Below, in pieces: positions 39,714 through 52,004 of a DNA stretch of 64,000 bases. The DNA comes from Leucoraja ocellata (taxonomy: Eukaryota), in NCBI GenBank assembly GCA_036785375.1, contig JAWMAR010000040.1:6448001-6512000 (forward strand). Direction: 5' to 3'. Each line of letters opens with the position of its first letter. Positions within the stretch are counted from its first letter, which is position 1. Under the pieces are notes generated by a model that was not told the DNA's origin, ran no database searches, and saw only the letters and a program-made list of their open reading frames with translations. The position numbers were made by a program, and so were the translations under genes.

Positions 39714-40064
39714 CTAAAACTTCAAGCTTTACCGTCAGAGAAGCTTTGTCATTTGGTGGAATAACAACTTCACAGCGATATTCCCCCAAATGTTTTAACG
39801 TAACATGTCTCAGGAAAAGTGACATGTTTCCATCTAAAATTGAGTTTTTAGACAGCTCTGCTTCCTCCCACAGATTTGTTATCTGTCCGTTAGAATACAT
39901 AAAGATATTGAATTCTTCAGTTCCACCGGTAAAAACCCATAAAACACCTAAATTATTTGGGTTCAAAGTAATCGCACTGAGATTAGCAATCTCACACTCG
40001 AGAAGTCCATTTTCGTACAGGATGAGTTCCGCTGGACTTTTGCTTGCTTTCAACGTCAACTGTC
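39714..40064 (-). CDS. NCR3LG1: B7-H6-like gene exon 2: IgV domain
   Basis: aatttacag|GA ... TTAG|gtaagg, 351 nt. LECEI..LGVLW..GNMSLFLRHV..LGEYRCEVVIPP..VKLEV resembles recalled human B7-H6 GDASLRL..AGEYRCEVVVTP..VQLEV. Convergent with KCNJ11 as in human. Confidence 0.88.
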
Positions 40065-40889
40065 CTGTAAATTGGAAAAAAAAGTACATATTAGAATATT
40101 AAAAATATTTTAAATACATTGAAATATGTATATATTTTTTACAAATATACATATTAAAATATGTTAAAATATTTGCATGTTAGAATGCACCCTAGAAAAA
40201 TGATCTAAACGAGGATGGGTGGGACTAGCTTAGATGGGGTACGTTGGTCAGCATGGACAAGGTGGGTCGACAGGCCTGATTCCATGCTGTGCGGCTCTAT
40301 GACTGACTCCTTACTTTGTAGCCATATCCCCTTGATCATGCCTCTCCCACCAGAGAAAACATCTCAAGTACTATCTTGTCAAAGACACCCCCCACCAAGG
40401 ATCTTAAATAGTACAGTACAAGATCGTGCCACCCATTCTACATAAAACAGTATAGCAGAGAAATAGGCCCTTCAGCCCACAATGTCTATGCTGAGTTTAG
40501 AGGCTTTAAACTTTAGAGATACAATGCAGAAATAGGCTCTTTGGCCCACCGAGTCAGTGCAGACCAGCTATAATCCCGTACACAAGCACTATCCTACTCA
40601 CTAGGAACAATTTTGGCAGAAAGTTAGTTAACCTACAAACTTGTACTTTGAGTGTGGGGGGAAACCGGAATATCCGGGGAAACCCACGCAGTCACAGGGA
40701 GAACGTACAACCTCCTTGTAGGCAGCACCCGATGTCAGGAACAAACCACGATCTCTGGCGCTGTAAGGCAGCAAGTCAACTCTACCATTGCGCCATTGCG
40801 CCGCCCTGACAATTACACATAAAACAGCACAGTGGAGGAACAGAGCTGTCAGCCCGTAATATTTGTGCTATTATACATAAAACAGTATA

Positions 40890-41567
40890 GGGTGATTTCA
40901 CTAAAGGTCACTGGAGCGTAGATCCGCACCCACGTGACCAAAAATCTCAAGTGGAGGACATGCTAGACTTCCGGTACATGTTAGTGGATGGGAAAACACG
41001 CACTTTCCCACCAGTTAAAAACATAGAAAACGGCCAGGTTTTGATCTGCAATTTATTGTGCCAGTCGGGGTGACCGTGAGGCACAGCTACCTAGATTTAC
41101 AGGAAAAAAAGATAGAAACTAAGGTAAATTAAAGAGGGAGCTGAAGGTACCAATCCAGCGGAAGTGAACAGCGGACATTTGCCGTGGAGATTTAAAGGTC
41201 CAAAATATCGGGAATTATCGCGTTTGCTCGCTGAATTTCATCAAAAGTAAGGCATTATTGACTTACTTTTGATGAAATTCAGCGAGCAAACGCGATAATT
41301 CACGATATTTTGGACTTTTAAACCTTTAAATCTTAGTTTCTATCTTTTTTTTTTCTGTAACTCTAGCTAGCTGTGCCTCACGGTAACCCCGACTGGCACA
41401 ATAAATTGCAGATCAAAACCTGGCCGTTTTTTATGTTTTTAACGGGTGGGAAAGTGCGTGTTTTCCCATCCACTAACATGTACTGGAAGTCTAGCATGTC
41501 CTCCACTTGATATTTTTGGTCACGTGGGTGCGGATCTACGCTCCAGTGACCTTTAGTGAAATCACCC
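40890..41567. mobile_element. Foldback (palindromic) non-autonomous DNA element in intron 1 of the B7-H6-like gene
   Basis: GGGTGATTTCACTAAAGGTCACTGGAGCG ... CGCTCCAGTGACCTTTAGTGAAATCACCC. The arms pair up to a ~10-nt central loop near 41252-41261. TATA on both flanks. Confidence 0.92.
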
Positions 41568-41833
41568 TATAGCCCAGGATCAGGCCCTTTGGCCCACAAT
41601 ATCATAGGAACACGCCTTTCGGCCTACCAGAATCACGTTAATCAGCAGAGGAACATGCCCTTCGGCCCACAATGTCCGTGCCGACCATGATGCCAGGCTA
41701 AACCCCCCGAGGCAGCGACCAGCCCCCGGGAAAGGTAGGTCGCGCACCCCGGCACCAGGCTCCCCATTCTGCGACCCGAGCGGCCTCTCGGCCCGCGTAC
41801 CCTAGCCCAGCGCAGCACAGCCACGGCTCTGAC

Positions 41834-41900
41834 CTGAATGTGGCGTCAACATCACCAACAGGAGCAGGAGTGGCCGCAGTGGGTTCCCCAGCCACCCCAT
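41834..41900 (-). CDS. NCR3LG1: B7-H6-like gene exon 1: signal peptide
   Basis: gaccATGG Kozak context in a CpG-rich region. MGWLGNPLRPLLLLLVMLTPHS-G|gtcaga, 67 nt, phase 1, joins exon 2 in frame. Not in the ORF track. Confidence 0.85.
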
Positions 41901-42189
41901 GGTCCTCGCTGTCCAGCCTGCCCCGAGCTGCCGCTCCCCGCACCCCTCTCGCCGCCAGCCGCCGCCTTGGTTTTAGGTTTCACTTTTGCCAGTGTTGGGC
42001 GGGGAGAGGAACCTCTTGCCTCTAGGATCTTTGCTCTTGCCTCTCTCTGTCTCCCTCTGTGGGACACAGCGCAGCACAAAGATTCCGCTCCATAATCTTT
42101 GGCGCAGTCTGCTCGGGGAGGAGTGTTTCCTTAGACAGCGGGACATCTGAAATAGAGAGCAGACCTGAGAGGTAGAGATTATATTTCCA

Positions 42190-42570
42190 CAGAGAGAGTG
42201 ATCAGACAGATCCCAGGCGGAGAGATTACAGATCGAAAGTGGATCTCTCCATCTCAGAATGAAAGAGAGATCACAGACAGATGTCACAGGTGGAGAGGGA
42301 GATCACAGACAGAGATCACAGGCAGAGAGAGGTCGCAGATGAAGAGAGACTGTAGACAGAGATCACAGACAGGGATCGCAGACAGAGAGATTCCAGACAC
42401 AGAGAGGTCGTAGATGAAGAGAGACTGCTGTCACAGAAATCAGAGATATCACACACAGGGATCGCAGACAGAGAGAGATCACAGATCGAGAGATCACAGG
42501 GAGAGATCGCAGACATAGAGAGATTTCAGATGCAGATATTACAGACAGAGACGGACACAGAGATCACAGA
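42190..42570. repeat. Purine-rich minisatellite upstream of the B7-H6-like start
   Basis: Repeated AGAGATCACAGAC / GGATCGCAGACAG units. Confidence 0.85.
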
Positions 42571-43989
42571 TAACAGTTTTTCATCAACAGAAATAGACAT
42601 TGGGGAGAATATCTGATAGCAGACTTGATACTTATGGATAACATGCAGGCAGAAGAGATTAGTTTGTCTTAGCATCATGTTTGACACAGACATTGTGGGC
42701 CGAATGGCCAGTTCCTGTGCAGTACTGTTCCATGTTCCGGGTTCATTATATGCTATGGGTTAGATATTCCACAGGAAACACTTTAACGTTCAAGTAAATC
42801 TCAAAGATACCCCATGATCTTGTCCAACTTTCCAAAATCAAATTGCTCTAAATATAATTCTGCTGTGGAGTCTCTCTCAAATGGGGAGACCTATAAATCT
42901 TACTGTTGCTTCTGCAGAAGATAAAATTGCAATTTTGACATAGAGATATACATTTTAAATAGTGGCTTCACTTGAGAATACTATGCCAGAGATACCATTC
43001 GGGCAGAAAAATAATTAGCTTTTTGTAAGGACGGCACGGTAGCGCAGCGGCAGAGTTGCTGCCTCACAGCGCCAGAGACCTGGGTTTGATGTAACGATGA
43101 TAATGGAAACAATACTGACCCATCTGTCATGGACCTCTTCCACTGTCAGAGTGAGGTCCAAAGTAAATTGGAGGAACAGCACCTCATATTTCACTTGGGC
43201 AGCTTACAACCCAGCGGCATATTGACTTCTCAAATCCTTGTTTTCCATCTCTCTCCATCCCTCTCCGATCCTAGTTCTCCAACCACTGACTATTCTCCCA
43301 TTATTAAAAATGTTATATTTGTATGCTTCGTTGTCACCTTCTCCTCACTAACAATTATCTATTCAACATTGATTGAAACGTTGCCGTTGCCGTAAATCAT
43401 AAGCCCATATTGGCAGGCAAGACAAGGCTGATTAGTATGGGGCCTAAATAACATTTTCGCATCATAAGATTAAAATAAAGTCACACGGAAAAGCAAAATA
43501 ATATGTTAAAAAAATGAAATACCTTTTGTTTTGTCCTGCACGTGCGATCCGTAATGTTGAAGGCGGTGGAGGCTTTTCTAGTCGCGTTTAAGTTCAATAC
43601 AGCGGCGCAATGGTACAGCAATTTTTTTTTTAAACCCGCGAACGGAAGCGCGAACGATTTTTCTTCTTCAGCTAGCAGCCCGAAGAAATCCCTCTCCGAC
43701 AATCAATACAAACCTGCATTTTAATCCCGCCCCCCACCCCCAAAGCATCCGGAATCACACACACTGGCAGTAGCAGATTTGTAGTGCCACTGATGATAGG
43801 TTTTGTAGCATCGCTACTTTGATGTCTCATTTTCATACCTTACCCTTCCTTATCTCTGTGTCTCCCTCTCCCCTGACTCTCAGTCTGAAGAAGGGTCATA
43901 ACCCGAAATGTCATAAGGTCATTAATAGGAGCACAATTAGGCCATTCGGCCCATCGAGTCTACTCCGCTATTCAATCATGGCTGATCTA

Positions 43990-45075
43990 TCTCTCCCTCC
44001 CACAATCCTGTTTATATCAATGGGGCGATGGTGGAGAGGGTCAACTTCGAATTCCTGGGCGTGGATATATCAGAAGATCTTTCCTGGACCCAGCACACTG
44101 ATGCAATTGTAAATAAGGCACATCAGCGACTCTACATCCTGAGAAGATTACAGAGATTCGGCATGTCGAAGAGGATTCTCCTAAACGTTTACAGGTGCAC
44201 GGTAGAGAGCATTCGGACAGATTACATCATGGCCTGGTTCAGCAACTTAAACATCCAGGAGTGAAAAAGACTACAAAATGTTGTGACCACTGCCCAGTCC
44301 ATCACCGAATTTGACCTCCCCACCGTCAAAGGGATCTATCGTAGTCGCTGCCTCAAAAAGGCAGCCAAAATCATCACAGACCCACACCATCCTGGCCACA
44401 CCCTTATCTCACCACTGCCATCAGGAAGAAGGTACAGGCAGAGCCGGATTTATTGATAAGCTTAACAAGCTTAAGCTTAGGGCCTCGAGATCTTGGGGAG
44501 TCTCGCAGAGCCGGATTTACTACTAAGCTTCATAGGCTGAAGCCTAGGGTTTCGAGATCTAGGGGGCCTCCGGCCAAGGCAGGACACATGCCATTCAACT
44601 CTGGGCGCCCCCCCCCCCCCTCTCTATTTCTCTCTCTCTCTCTCTGTCGCTCTCCGTCTCCGCCTGCCATCCGTGTCCGGGCCGCCGGGTCTCCGCTCGC
44701 TCCTCATCCGCCGGCACGGCAGGCCGCCTTGCACATGCGCACTGCTACGACCGCTGAAAACAAACGCAGAATCAATCCCTGACCCTGGATCTGGAGTAAC
44801 TCCCTGGAGTAACTCTTGCTTCTGGTTTCCTGGTCCTCCATAAATATTCTAAATGAAATTTAAACTGGAGGTGGTGTAGGGTTGAACAATAACAGCCTAT
44901 TGCATTTTATCTGTTTATTTATTGTGTATATATATTGTCTATGGTATATAAACACACTAAACTTTTATCTCCTGGTCTGTATTATGTTTACATATTCTGT
45001 TGTGCTGCAGCAAGCAAGAATTTCATTGTCCTATCTGGGCCACATGACAATAAAACTCTCTTGACTCTTGACTTG
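43990..45075 (+). mobile_element. Rex/Babar- or L2-like LINE 3' fragment, interrupted near 44440-44880
   Basis: FEFLGVDISEDLSWTQHTDAIVNKAHQRLYILRRL..YRCTVES; tail ending gacaataaaactctcttgactcttgacttga. Confidence 0.75.
44439..44800. mobile_element. hAT-like MITE fragment with a duplicated left end
   Basis: CAGAGCCGGATTTA appears twice (about 44439 and 44506), each followed by a similar aagctt...agcttagggcctcgagatct block; inserted into the LINE. Confidence 0.45.
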
Positions 45076-45199
45076 AACTTAAGCAAAAAAAGGTTCTTGG
45101 GGGAAAAAAGAGATACCTTAAATTTAGTTGCATCTGGTTGGGTAACTATGATAGGGTGAAGACTATTCCATGCTTTAATTGTGCGGGGGAACAATAAAA

Positions 45200-45930
45200 A
45201 TGTGGAAGTACAACGGGATCTGGGGGGCCTTGTACATCAGTCTATGAAAGTAAGCATGCAGGTACAGCAGGCAGTGAAGAAAGCAAATGGCATGTTGGCC
45301 TTTATAACAAGAGGAATCGAATATAGGAGCAAAGAGGTCCTTCTGCAGTTGTACAGAGCCCTAGTGAGACCACACCTGGAGTATTGTGTGCAGTTTTGGT
45401 CCCCTAATTTGAGGAAGGACATTCTTGCTATTGAGGGAGCGCAGCGTAGGTTTACAGGGTTAATTCCGGGATGGCGGGACTGTCATATGCTGAGAGAATG
45501 GAGCAGCTGGGCTTGTACACTCTGGAGTTTAGAAGGATGAGAGGGAATCTCTTTGAAACATATAAGATTGTTAAGGGTTTGGACACGCTAGAGGCAGGAA
45601 ACATGTTCCCGATGTTGGGGGAGTCCAGAACCAGGGGCCACAGTTTAAGAATAAGGAGTAAGCCATTTAGAACGGAGACGAGGAAACACTTTTTCTCACA
45701 GAGAGTGGTGAGTCTGTGGAATTCTCTGCCTCAGAGGGCGGTGGAGGCAGGTTCTCTGGATACTTTCAAGAGAGAGCTAGATAGGGCTCTTAAAAATAGC
45801 AGAGTCAGGGGATATGGGGAGAACGCAGGAACAGGGTACTGACTGGGGATGATCAGCCATGATCACATTGAATGGCGGTGCTGGTTCGAAGGGCCGAATG
45901 GCCTACTCCTGCACCTATTGTCTATTGTCC
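45200..45930 (+). mobile_element. CR1-type LINE 3' fragment
   Basis: QRDLG..VKKANGMLAFI..LYRALVRPHLEYCVQFWSP.. and FFSQRVVSLWNSLP; one frameshift; CTATTGT tandem tail. Confidence 0.9.
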
Positions 45931-46139
45931 TGTCTTCTCCCCATAACCCCTGAGACCTGTACTAATCAAGAATCTATCTATCTCTGCTTTTAAAAAAATC
46001 CATTGATATTCACCCATCCATTCTTTCCAAAGATGCATGTCCTGCTGAGTTGTGGTGTCTATTTGACCTGAGGTGAAGCTCCAACCCCCTGACCCACAAA
46101 GGCTGAGAATGCTCCGCCCCGGAGACTGAATAGTGGAGA

Positions 46140-46232
46140 TGTGTGACGGCGCATGCGCTGCGTAACGCGCGGTGCGTGAGGGATAAAAGCGCGCGCGCCG
46201 TGGCCATTGCTCCTCTTACGTCACGGCCCAAG
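46140..46232 (+). promoter_or_regulatory. RPL27A promoter and 5' TOP
   Basis: CpG island; NRF1 consensus GCGCATGCGC 46149-46158; TATA-like GATAAAA 46182-46188; pyrimidine tract CTCCTCTT 46210-46217; YY1-like CAAGATGG over the ATG. Confidence 0.75.
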
Positions 46233-46235
46233 ATG
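46233..46235 (+). CDS. RPL27A: RPL27A exon 1 coding part (ATG only)
   Basis: aagATG|gtaggt; gives a 447-nt, 148-aa CDS with exons 2-5. Confidence 0.85.
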
Positions 46236-47433
46236 GTAGGTCTAGCCGGCTGATCTGCGCCCTCCTCCGCGCACTGAATCCGCCGCCATCCGCCGCCCAG
46301 CGACACCATCACGGGCTTTAACGTGTAGGCATCGATGCGGCGTCTCCTGCCCGTAAAGCGGGTGGTGATTTCGCTATGGGGTTGTATGTGATTTGGCGAA
46401 ATTCACCCAGTTTTCGCCGGCCTATATTTGCGGCCTAGCGAGGAGAAGCTGAGCGCGGTGCGGCGATGCGCTGCTGACCGGCCGGCTTCCCGCTCCCTGG
46501 TTGCTGCAGAATTCTCTGTTAGCCGGGCGATGCAGGTTGAAGCAAAAATACTGAAGTAACTCAACGGGATAACTGGAGAGAAGGAATAGGTGACGTTTCA
46601 GGTCGAGACTCTTCAGGCTAGGAATCAGGGGAGGGAGACTAGAGGTATAAAAAAGTGTAGGACTCGAGTGCCTGAGCTAGAGGAGAACATTGGGGTTGAG
46701 TTGTGTACTGACGGCGTTTCAGGTTTGTTTTGCAGAGTTCTACCAGCATTTTTTTTAAAGTATGATTCTAGCATCTGCATTCTCTTGTGTGCAAATTCAT
46801 CCAGTGCCTTAGGCAAGCTCTCATTCAAATGTGTTTATTGAGAGTTTTAATCTAGGTGAGAATAGAAGGAAGCAAAACCAGAAATTGTCAATAATTAGAG
46901 TGTTTGAGTTCATTAATGACGGTTAATGTTCTCTCGTCGGCACTCTAGTTGGTGATGGGATGATTCAGTTCCTGATAACAGCTTGGAAGAAACTGTCCCT
47001 GAATCTCGAGGTGTGTTTTGCCAGAGGGGAGAAGAGGGAGTGTGACTCGTACTTAATTATCCATGCCAAGGCAGCGTGAAGTGTAGATGGAGTCAATGGA
47101 AGGGAGGTTGGTTTGTATGATGGTCTGGGCTACGTCCACACCTGTCTGCACTTCCTCCAGTCAGACAGGAGCTACTCCCAAACCATGTTGTGATAAAATG
47201 TTTTCAATGGCGCATCTAGAAATTGGTGAGAGTTTATTCAACTGCAAAGTTAAAATAAAAGACTGCAAAAACAAGACACTGGTTCAAAACAAGAAATTTT
47301 ACAATAAAATATAGTAAACTCCATGGACATGATTTTTTTATATTTGTGCATTAGTTAAAATAGTGTACATCACAGGACTGCAAACAATGTTGTTGGATTG
47401 TCAAAATGACCTGACATTTTAAACTTATTTTAG

Positions 47434-47497
47434 CCCACCAGATTTAGAAAAACCAGGAAGTTGAGAGGGCACGTTAGCCATGGTCATGGCCGTATTG
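47434..47497 (+). CDS. RPL27A: RPL27A exon 2
   Basis: tttag|CCC...ATTG|gtgagt; [22 protein letters not shown]. Confidence 0.97.
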
Positions 47498-47558
47498 GTG
47501 AGTCAAAAATGCAAAATTGTTTTTTTTTTGTGTGTGTGTTTTTTTAAACACTAGATGA

Positions 47559-47659
<101 letters not shown>

Positions 47660-48440
47660 GTATGTTTTTGTACAAATAAGTGTTTCAATCCTTGAGTGTG
47701 ATCACAGTGGGGGGTATCTCCAGTAAACTCTTTTTATAACGGACCCCTTTATACGGATTTCATTTATAGCGGACGGATGTTCCAAAGTTGCCTGGTCACA
47801 AGATGCACCAGTGAACTCTTCGCGCATAGGGCGATCCCGTTAGCGAAGCTGTTATTATCGTATAGTGTTTAAGAGGTTTTAGATGGGCTCATGGGAATGC
47901 GAGGGATAGAGGAATATGGTTGTGCAGGAAGAAACTTCAGAAGCTGATTTACCCTGAAGATAGACACAAAATGCTGGAGTAACTATGGGGACAGGCAGCA
48001 ACTCGGGATAGGAGTGGATGACATTTCGAGTCGAGACTCTTCTTCAGTCTAGTCCATAAAGTCCATTCCTTCTATCCAGAGATGCTGCCTGTCCTGCTGA
48101 GTTACTCCAGCTGTTTCTTTATATAGAGGGATATGGATCTTGTACAGGCAGGTGAGTTCAGTTTTACTGCATCATGTTCGGCACAAACATTGTGGTGTAC
48201 TGTGGTCCTGTGCTGGACTGTTCCGTGCAGCGGGGATGAAGATTCTTAATTTTCACCTGACTTTAAAAGTGTTAGTAGGTTTGATCAAACTAGTGGGGTT
48301 TTTTTAAGTATCATTTAAGGAATAACTCCTTAAATGATACTTTAAAAAAAATGCTTGTTTGATTTGGTTGAATTTTGTATGGAAAATGTATGGTTTATTA
48401 ATGCTGACAAGATTTGATTTTACCACCCATTATTTTTCAG

Positions 48441-48615
48441 TCATCCTGGTTATTTCGGAAAAGTTGGTATGAGACATTTCCATTTAAAGAAGTGCCAGTT
48501 ATTCTGTCCTACCATAAATCTGGATAAATTGTGGACACTGGTTAGTGAACAAACCAGATTAAACTATGCTAAAAAGCCTGAAGGACCAGCACCCGTTATT
48601 GATGTTGTACATGCA
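48441..48615 (+). CDS. RPL27A: RPL27A exon 4
   Basis: ttcag|T...GCA|gtaagt; [58 protein letters not shown]. Confidence 0.97.
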
Positions 48616-50034
48616 GTAAGTAGTGCCACATGTTGGTTTCAAATTTTTCCAATCATTTGCAGGTGAGGGTTTCTTGATTAGTACAGATGTCATACGTTAT
48701 GAGAAGGCAGGAGAATGGGTTTAAGAGGGAGGGATAGATCAGCCATGATTGACTTGATGGGCTGAATGGCCTAATTCTGCTCCTAACGTGATCTTATGAT
48801 GGGACTTTTTTGAAACGTAGAAGGCTGTGTGGTGACATTGTGAGGAATGGGTAAACTGAGCAGTCACATTTTCCCAGTGTATGGGGCATACGCCTAGGGT
48901 GAGGGGAGAGAGATTTTAAAGGCGCATTGGGCAACTATTTCATGCTGAGGATAGTCTGTCTCTGGAATTGGCTGCCAGAGGAACATGTAGAAGTGGATAC
49001 TGTGACTTGTAAATGGATTAGAAGGTTTTAGAGGGCAATGGACCAAATGCAGGCATATTGGGCTCAGCTGGTATGCGAACTTGGTCGGCATGGGCAATGT
49101 ATGCCAAAGGGCCTATTTCAGTGCTGTTTGACTATGACAAGCTTTTTCTCTGGTTTGTATGGAAATTTTTTTATCTATTTTATGTAAAGCACTTTGGTGT
49201 TAATGCGAGTTGACTTAAAACGTGCTATATAAATAAAAATTACTTACTTAAGCTATCCTGCTGGCCTCAAAAGTTGTTTCTTGTATATGGCTGTGCATAG
49301 GTCTGGTGTTTGTAAGTTTGGGGGATCTGAAGTATGCTTGCCCTCACTTTGAACTGAGTGCCATCCACCTTCCATTTCTCTGCCACTATTCTTAGTCTTG
49401 CCGTTAAGAAAATATTTGTCATCCAAAGTATGCTACTGTTCCCTATTGCACTTGATTGTCATTCACATTTTTATCCTTTCATAATTTGTCTTCATTCGTG
49501 ACCTAATGTGCTTCTTGATAACTTGATCAAACAATCATAGTGGCTTCCTGCTGCACTAGTTATTGTGACTGCCTCAGTTCCAGGGATCCTTGTAGAGTTT
49601 GCACATTCTCCCTTAGACTGGGAGAATTTCTACCTAAAGCTCTTGTTTCTTCCCACATCGTAAAGATGTGCTTACATTAATTGGTTAGAGAAAGACAGAT
49701 TTTGCTGCCTGTGTTTAGTGGCATTTGATTTTGCAATGTAAGGTGTAAATAGCACTAAAACAAATTAATGTGTATATGTAGGAAGGAGCTGATGCTGGTT
49801 TATACCAAAGATGGACACAAATTGCTAGAGTAACTCCAAGGGTAAGACAGCATCTCGAGAAAAAGAATAGGTGCCATTTCGGGAGATCACATTGGCCAAG
49901 GCAGACTGGGCGTATGAAGTGTATGCACAGAAATTAAATGCTGTCTGACCAATCGGTGATCATGCAGAGCTAGTTTTCAATGTGGAGCATGAAGCTTTGG
50001 TTAAATAACAGAATTAGTACTCAATTCTCAGGGA

Positions 50035-50163
50035 TTCGAGGCTAGAGTCACGCCCTTACATTTCCGTTGTTTTGGTGTGCTAGAGCTTTCGTAGAGTAAT
50101 CACTGATATTATTCACTGGCTGTGACTTTTGTAGCCCAGTCAGCCACAAAATTAGTGACATCA
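50035..50163 (+). ncRNA. SNORA3: H/ACA snoRNA, SNORA3 (ACA3/SNORA45) family, in RPL27A intron 4
   Basis: TCGAGGCTAGAGTCACGC...GTGTGCTAGAG, H box AGAGTA 50093-50098, TTATTCACTGGCTGTG...CAGTCAG, ACA at 50158-50160. RPL27A is the known vertebrate host of this family. Confidence 0.88.
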
Positions 50164-52004
50164 TCACTGTAAAATAGTGAATGGACCCCTTTTTTATCTG
50201 CGTCCACCACCCCCGGCAGCACATTCGAGGCACTTGCCACACTATATAAACCTGCCCCATGCGTCTTTAAACTTTGCCCTCTCACCTTGAATCTGTGCCC
50301 CCTCGTATTTGGTATATTCATAGTTTGAAAAAGGTTCTGACTATTGTATCTGTGCCTCATTTTATATGCTTCTATTGGGTCTCCCCTCAACCTCTGGCCT
50401 TCTAGAGAAAATAAGCAGCCTGTCCAACCTCCTGTGGTAGATAATATCCTCTAATCCAGTCTTCATTCTGGTGAATCTCCTCTACATACCATAGCCTCCA
50501 TAATCTTCCTGTATGGGGTGACCAGAATTGCACGCAATACTAATCGGGCAACAACAAGGTCCTTTTTGGACTGAATCCCATGTCCCTTTGTTCAAACTAT
50601 TCAATACCTGTGTTGCCTGTTTGTATAGTTCTCTCCTGGAGATTTTGTGCTTTTCATCCTGTGCTCTAACAAATAAAGTCCAAGCTTGCTCAACCTCTAC
50701 CTATAGCTCAGGCCTTCTTTCCTGGCAACATCCTTGTAAATCTTTTCTTCACCCTTTTCAGCGTAATATTTTTCCCATAGCAGGGTGACCAAAACTGAGC
50801 ACAATATGCCCTCGCCAAAGTCTCGTACCAGTGGCCAAGCCGTTTAGTTTAGATGCAGCACGGAAACAGGTTCTTCGACCCACTGAGTCCGTGTCAGCCA
50901 GTGGTCCCTGTACATTAACACTATCCTACACACGCATTAGGGACAATCTTGACACTTGTACTAAGCCAATTAACCTACAAACCTGTAGACCTTTAGAATG
51001 TGGGAGGAAACCAAAGATCTCTGACCCATCTAGTCATGGGGAGAAAGTACAAACTCCGTACAGACAGCAACCGTACTTGGGATTGAACCCAGGTCTCTGG
51101 CGCTGCAAGTGCAGTAAGGCAGCAGCTACTTGTGCCACTGTGCTGTTCTTTTAGGACCAGAAGCAACAATTTTATTAGCTTTAACGTGGATATGGATAAG
51201 GAAAGGGCTGATCCACACGGTAAATTTCTACATTGAGCGTGGCCAACTTTAATGGCATTAGATGGGAACTTACTAACGTTGATTGGAGTAGGTGGTTTGT
51301 AGGCAAAGGGATGTTTGGGAAGTAGGAAAAAAGTAGAAAATAGAGAAGACAGAAAAAGGGGGGCTAGGTTATCAATAAGTCTGTTCTTTACTGTTGGGAA
51401 AGATATGGTCTCGGGAACCTGGGAATGTAATATGGTTGGTGGCGCTGGATGTGTGAAGTAAATAAATTGAGATGCATGAAGTAGATACATCTCCTGGGTC
51501 TGATCAGATATCCAACACTGGAAAGCTAGAAGATAAATTGCAGAAGTCCTGGTTATATGAAATTCTGAATATATGGATTCTTGTTAGACGCAGGTAAGAC
51601 AGGAGGGTGACTAATGTCCCTCTAAGAAAGGCTGCAAAGAAAAAACTGGGAACTGTCAGTCAGCAAGGCATCTGCAGACACAAGGAACTGTACATGCTGG
51701 AAACATGCATTGACAGTGCTGTAGTAACGTGGGACTTTCTACAATGTCACCTGTCCTCCAGAGATGCTAGTGGCTAGCGCAGTTACACAAGCCCAACCTT
51801 TGTGTTGGGAGGGTTACTGGAGAGGATCCTGACAGATAAGATATACATGCCTTTGGAAATGCTGGTTGGTTTGGGATAGTCAGCATGGTTGTGCGCATGG
51901 AAGACTGTCTAGTGATTTTTTTTTTTTAAGAAGTGGGGTGGCGCAGCGGTAGGGTTGCTGCCTTAGTGCCAGAGACGCGTTCGATCCCGACTACGGGTGC
52001 TGTC

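Noticed and set aside
24175-40064. Immunoglobulin heavy chain (IgW/IgNAR) locus
   Set aside because: The V exon has its own G strand and donor, no RSS, D or J segments were seen, the TM is internal, and the V/C1 match B7-H6.
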